A stretch of 24,000 nucleotides of DNA from Candidatus Parvarchaeota archaeon. Its GTDB lineage: Archaea > Nanobdellota > Nanobdellia > JAFCGN01 > DAOVEB01. Shown one piece after another: positions 23,908 to 24,000 of the stretch. The stretch lies in NCBI GenBank assembly GCA_030669205.1, contig DAOVEB010000002.1, forward strand, positions 1 through 24,000. Reading direction: 5' to 3'. The notes below the pieces were generated by a model. It saw only the letters and a list, made by a program, of their open reading frames with translations. It was not told where the DNA came from and did no database searches. The translations under genes were made by a program, and so were the position numbers. Every line of letters starts with the position of its first letter. Within the stretch, counting starts at the first letter, position 1.

Positions 23908-24000
23908 CTAGAACTGAAAGGTAAAAATCTTGGCAATCTGACCAATTATCGACTCACCTCTCTGGTTGAGGAAATCTATCACGAAGAGGAATGCGACGAG
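23908..24000 (-). CDS. 3' end of another small or hydrophobic ORF entering from the right edge.
   Basis: Hand translation gives ...LVAFLFVIDFLNQRGESIIGQIAKIFTFQF*. The architecture (hydrophobic helix followed by a short tail) resembles the mini-pilins. Only 30 codons are visible. Confidence 0.3.
   Translation of the reverse strand, partial: LVAFLFVIDFLNQRGESIIGQIAKIFTFQF

Noticed and set aside
4321-24000. Surface locus considered as a mobile element, genomic island or defence island.
   Set aside because: I could find no integrase, transposase, tRNA target, flanking direct repeats, or nuclease/ATPase/methylase-type motifs. All products look structural and extracellular. A compositional comparison with the housekeeping block would need computation that I cannot do reliably by eye.

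Overview
All supported genes in this 24 kb window lie on the minus strand, and the sequence is archaeal. Evidence: a ftsZ-secE-spt5/nusG-rpl11 block, Alba, a long-type FKBP, TATA boxes 21-25 nt upstream of several ATGs (leaderless mRNAs), and GGAGGTGA-type Shine-Dalgarno sites in front of operon-internal genes. The lineage cannot be resolved by eye; an uncultivated euryarchaeal or DPANN-like genome is a guess.

The window has two parts.

(1) A small housekeeping island at about 570-4286: uL11, Spt5/NusG, SecE, FtsZ, FKBP PPIase, Alba and a 2x[4Fe-4S] ferredoxin. It is flanked on both sides by genes for secreted, extremely cysteine-rich proteins.

(2) A tightly packed, co-directional surface-structure locus of about 19.7 kb (4321-24000). 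Read in the direction of transcription it contains:
- at least two small hydrophobic ORFs at the window edge;
- a strongly promoted and terminated 129-aa pilin-like gene with a class III ([KR]-x-G/A + hydrophobic) N-terminus;
- two overlapping mini-pilin genes (47 and 51 aa) that fall below the ORF-track size cutoff;
- a pair of paralogous membrane-anchored Cys proteins (257 and 219 aa);
- an 821-aa and a 937-aa protein whose N-termini resemble those of the small pilins;
- 274-aa and 139-aa pilin-like or anchor proteins;
- three Sec-signal proteins: a 2115-aa Cys-rich giant, a 302-aa thrombospondin-type-3 Ca-binding repeat protein and a 1082-aa Cys-rich protein.

Many junctions are ATGA, TAATG or adjacent stop/start, which suggests translational coupling. 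No assembly ATPase, platform protein or prepilin peptidase is present in the window; they may lie beyond position 24000.

My main candidate for a novel system is this locus: a type-IV-filament-like module with giant pilin-headed proteins, coupled to giant disulfide-rich and Ca-binding secreted proteins, plausibly an adhesion or cell-cell contact apparatus. That functional reading is inference. I saw no rRNA, tRNA, CRISPR array, transposase or integrase.
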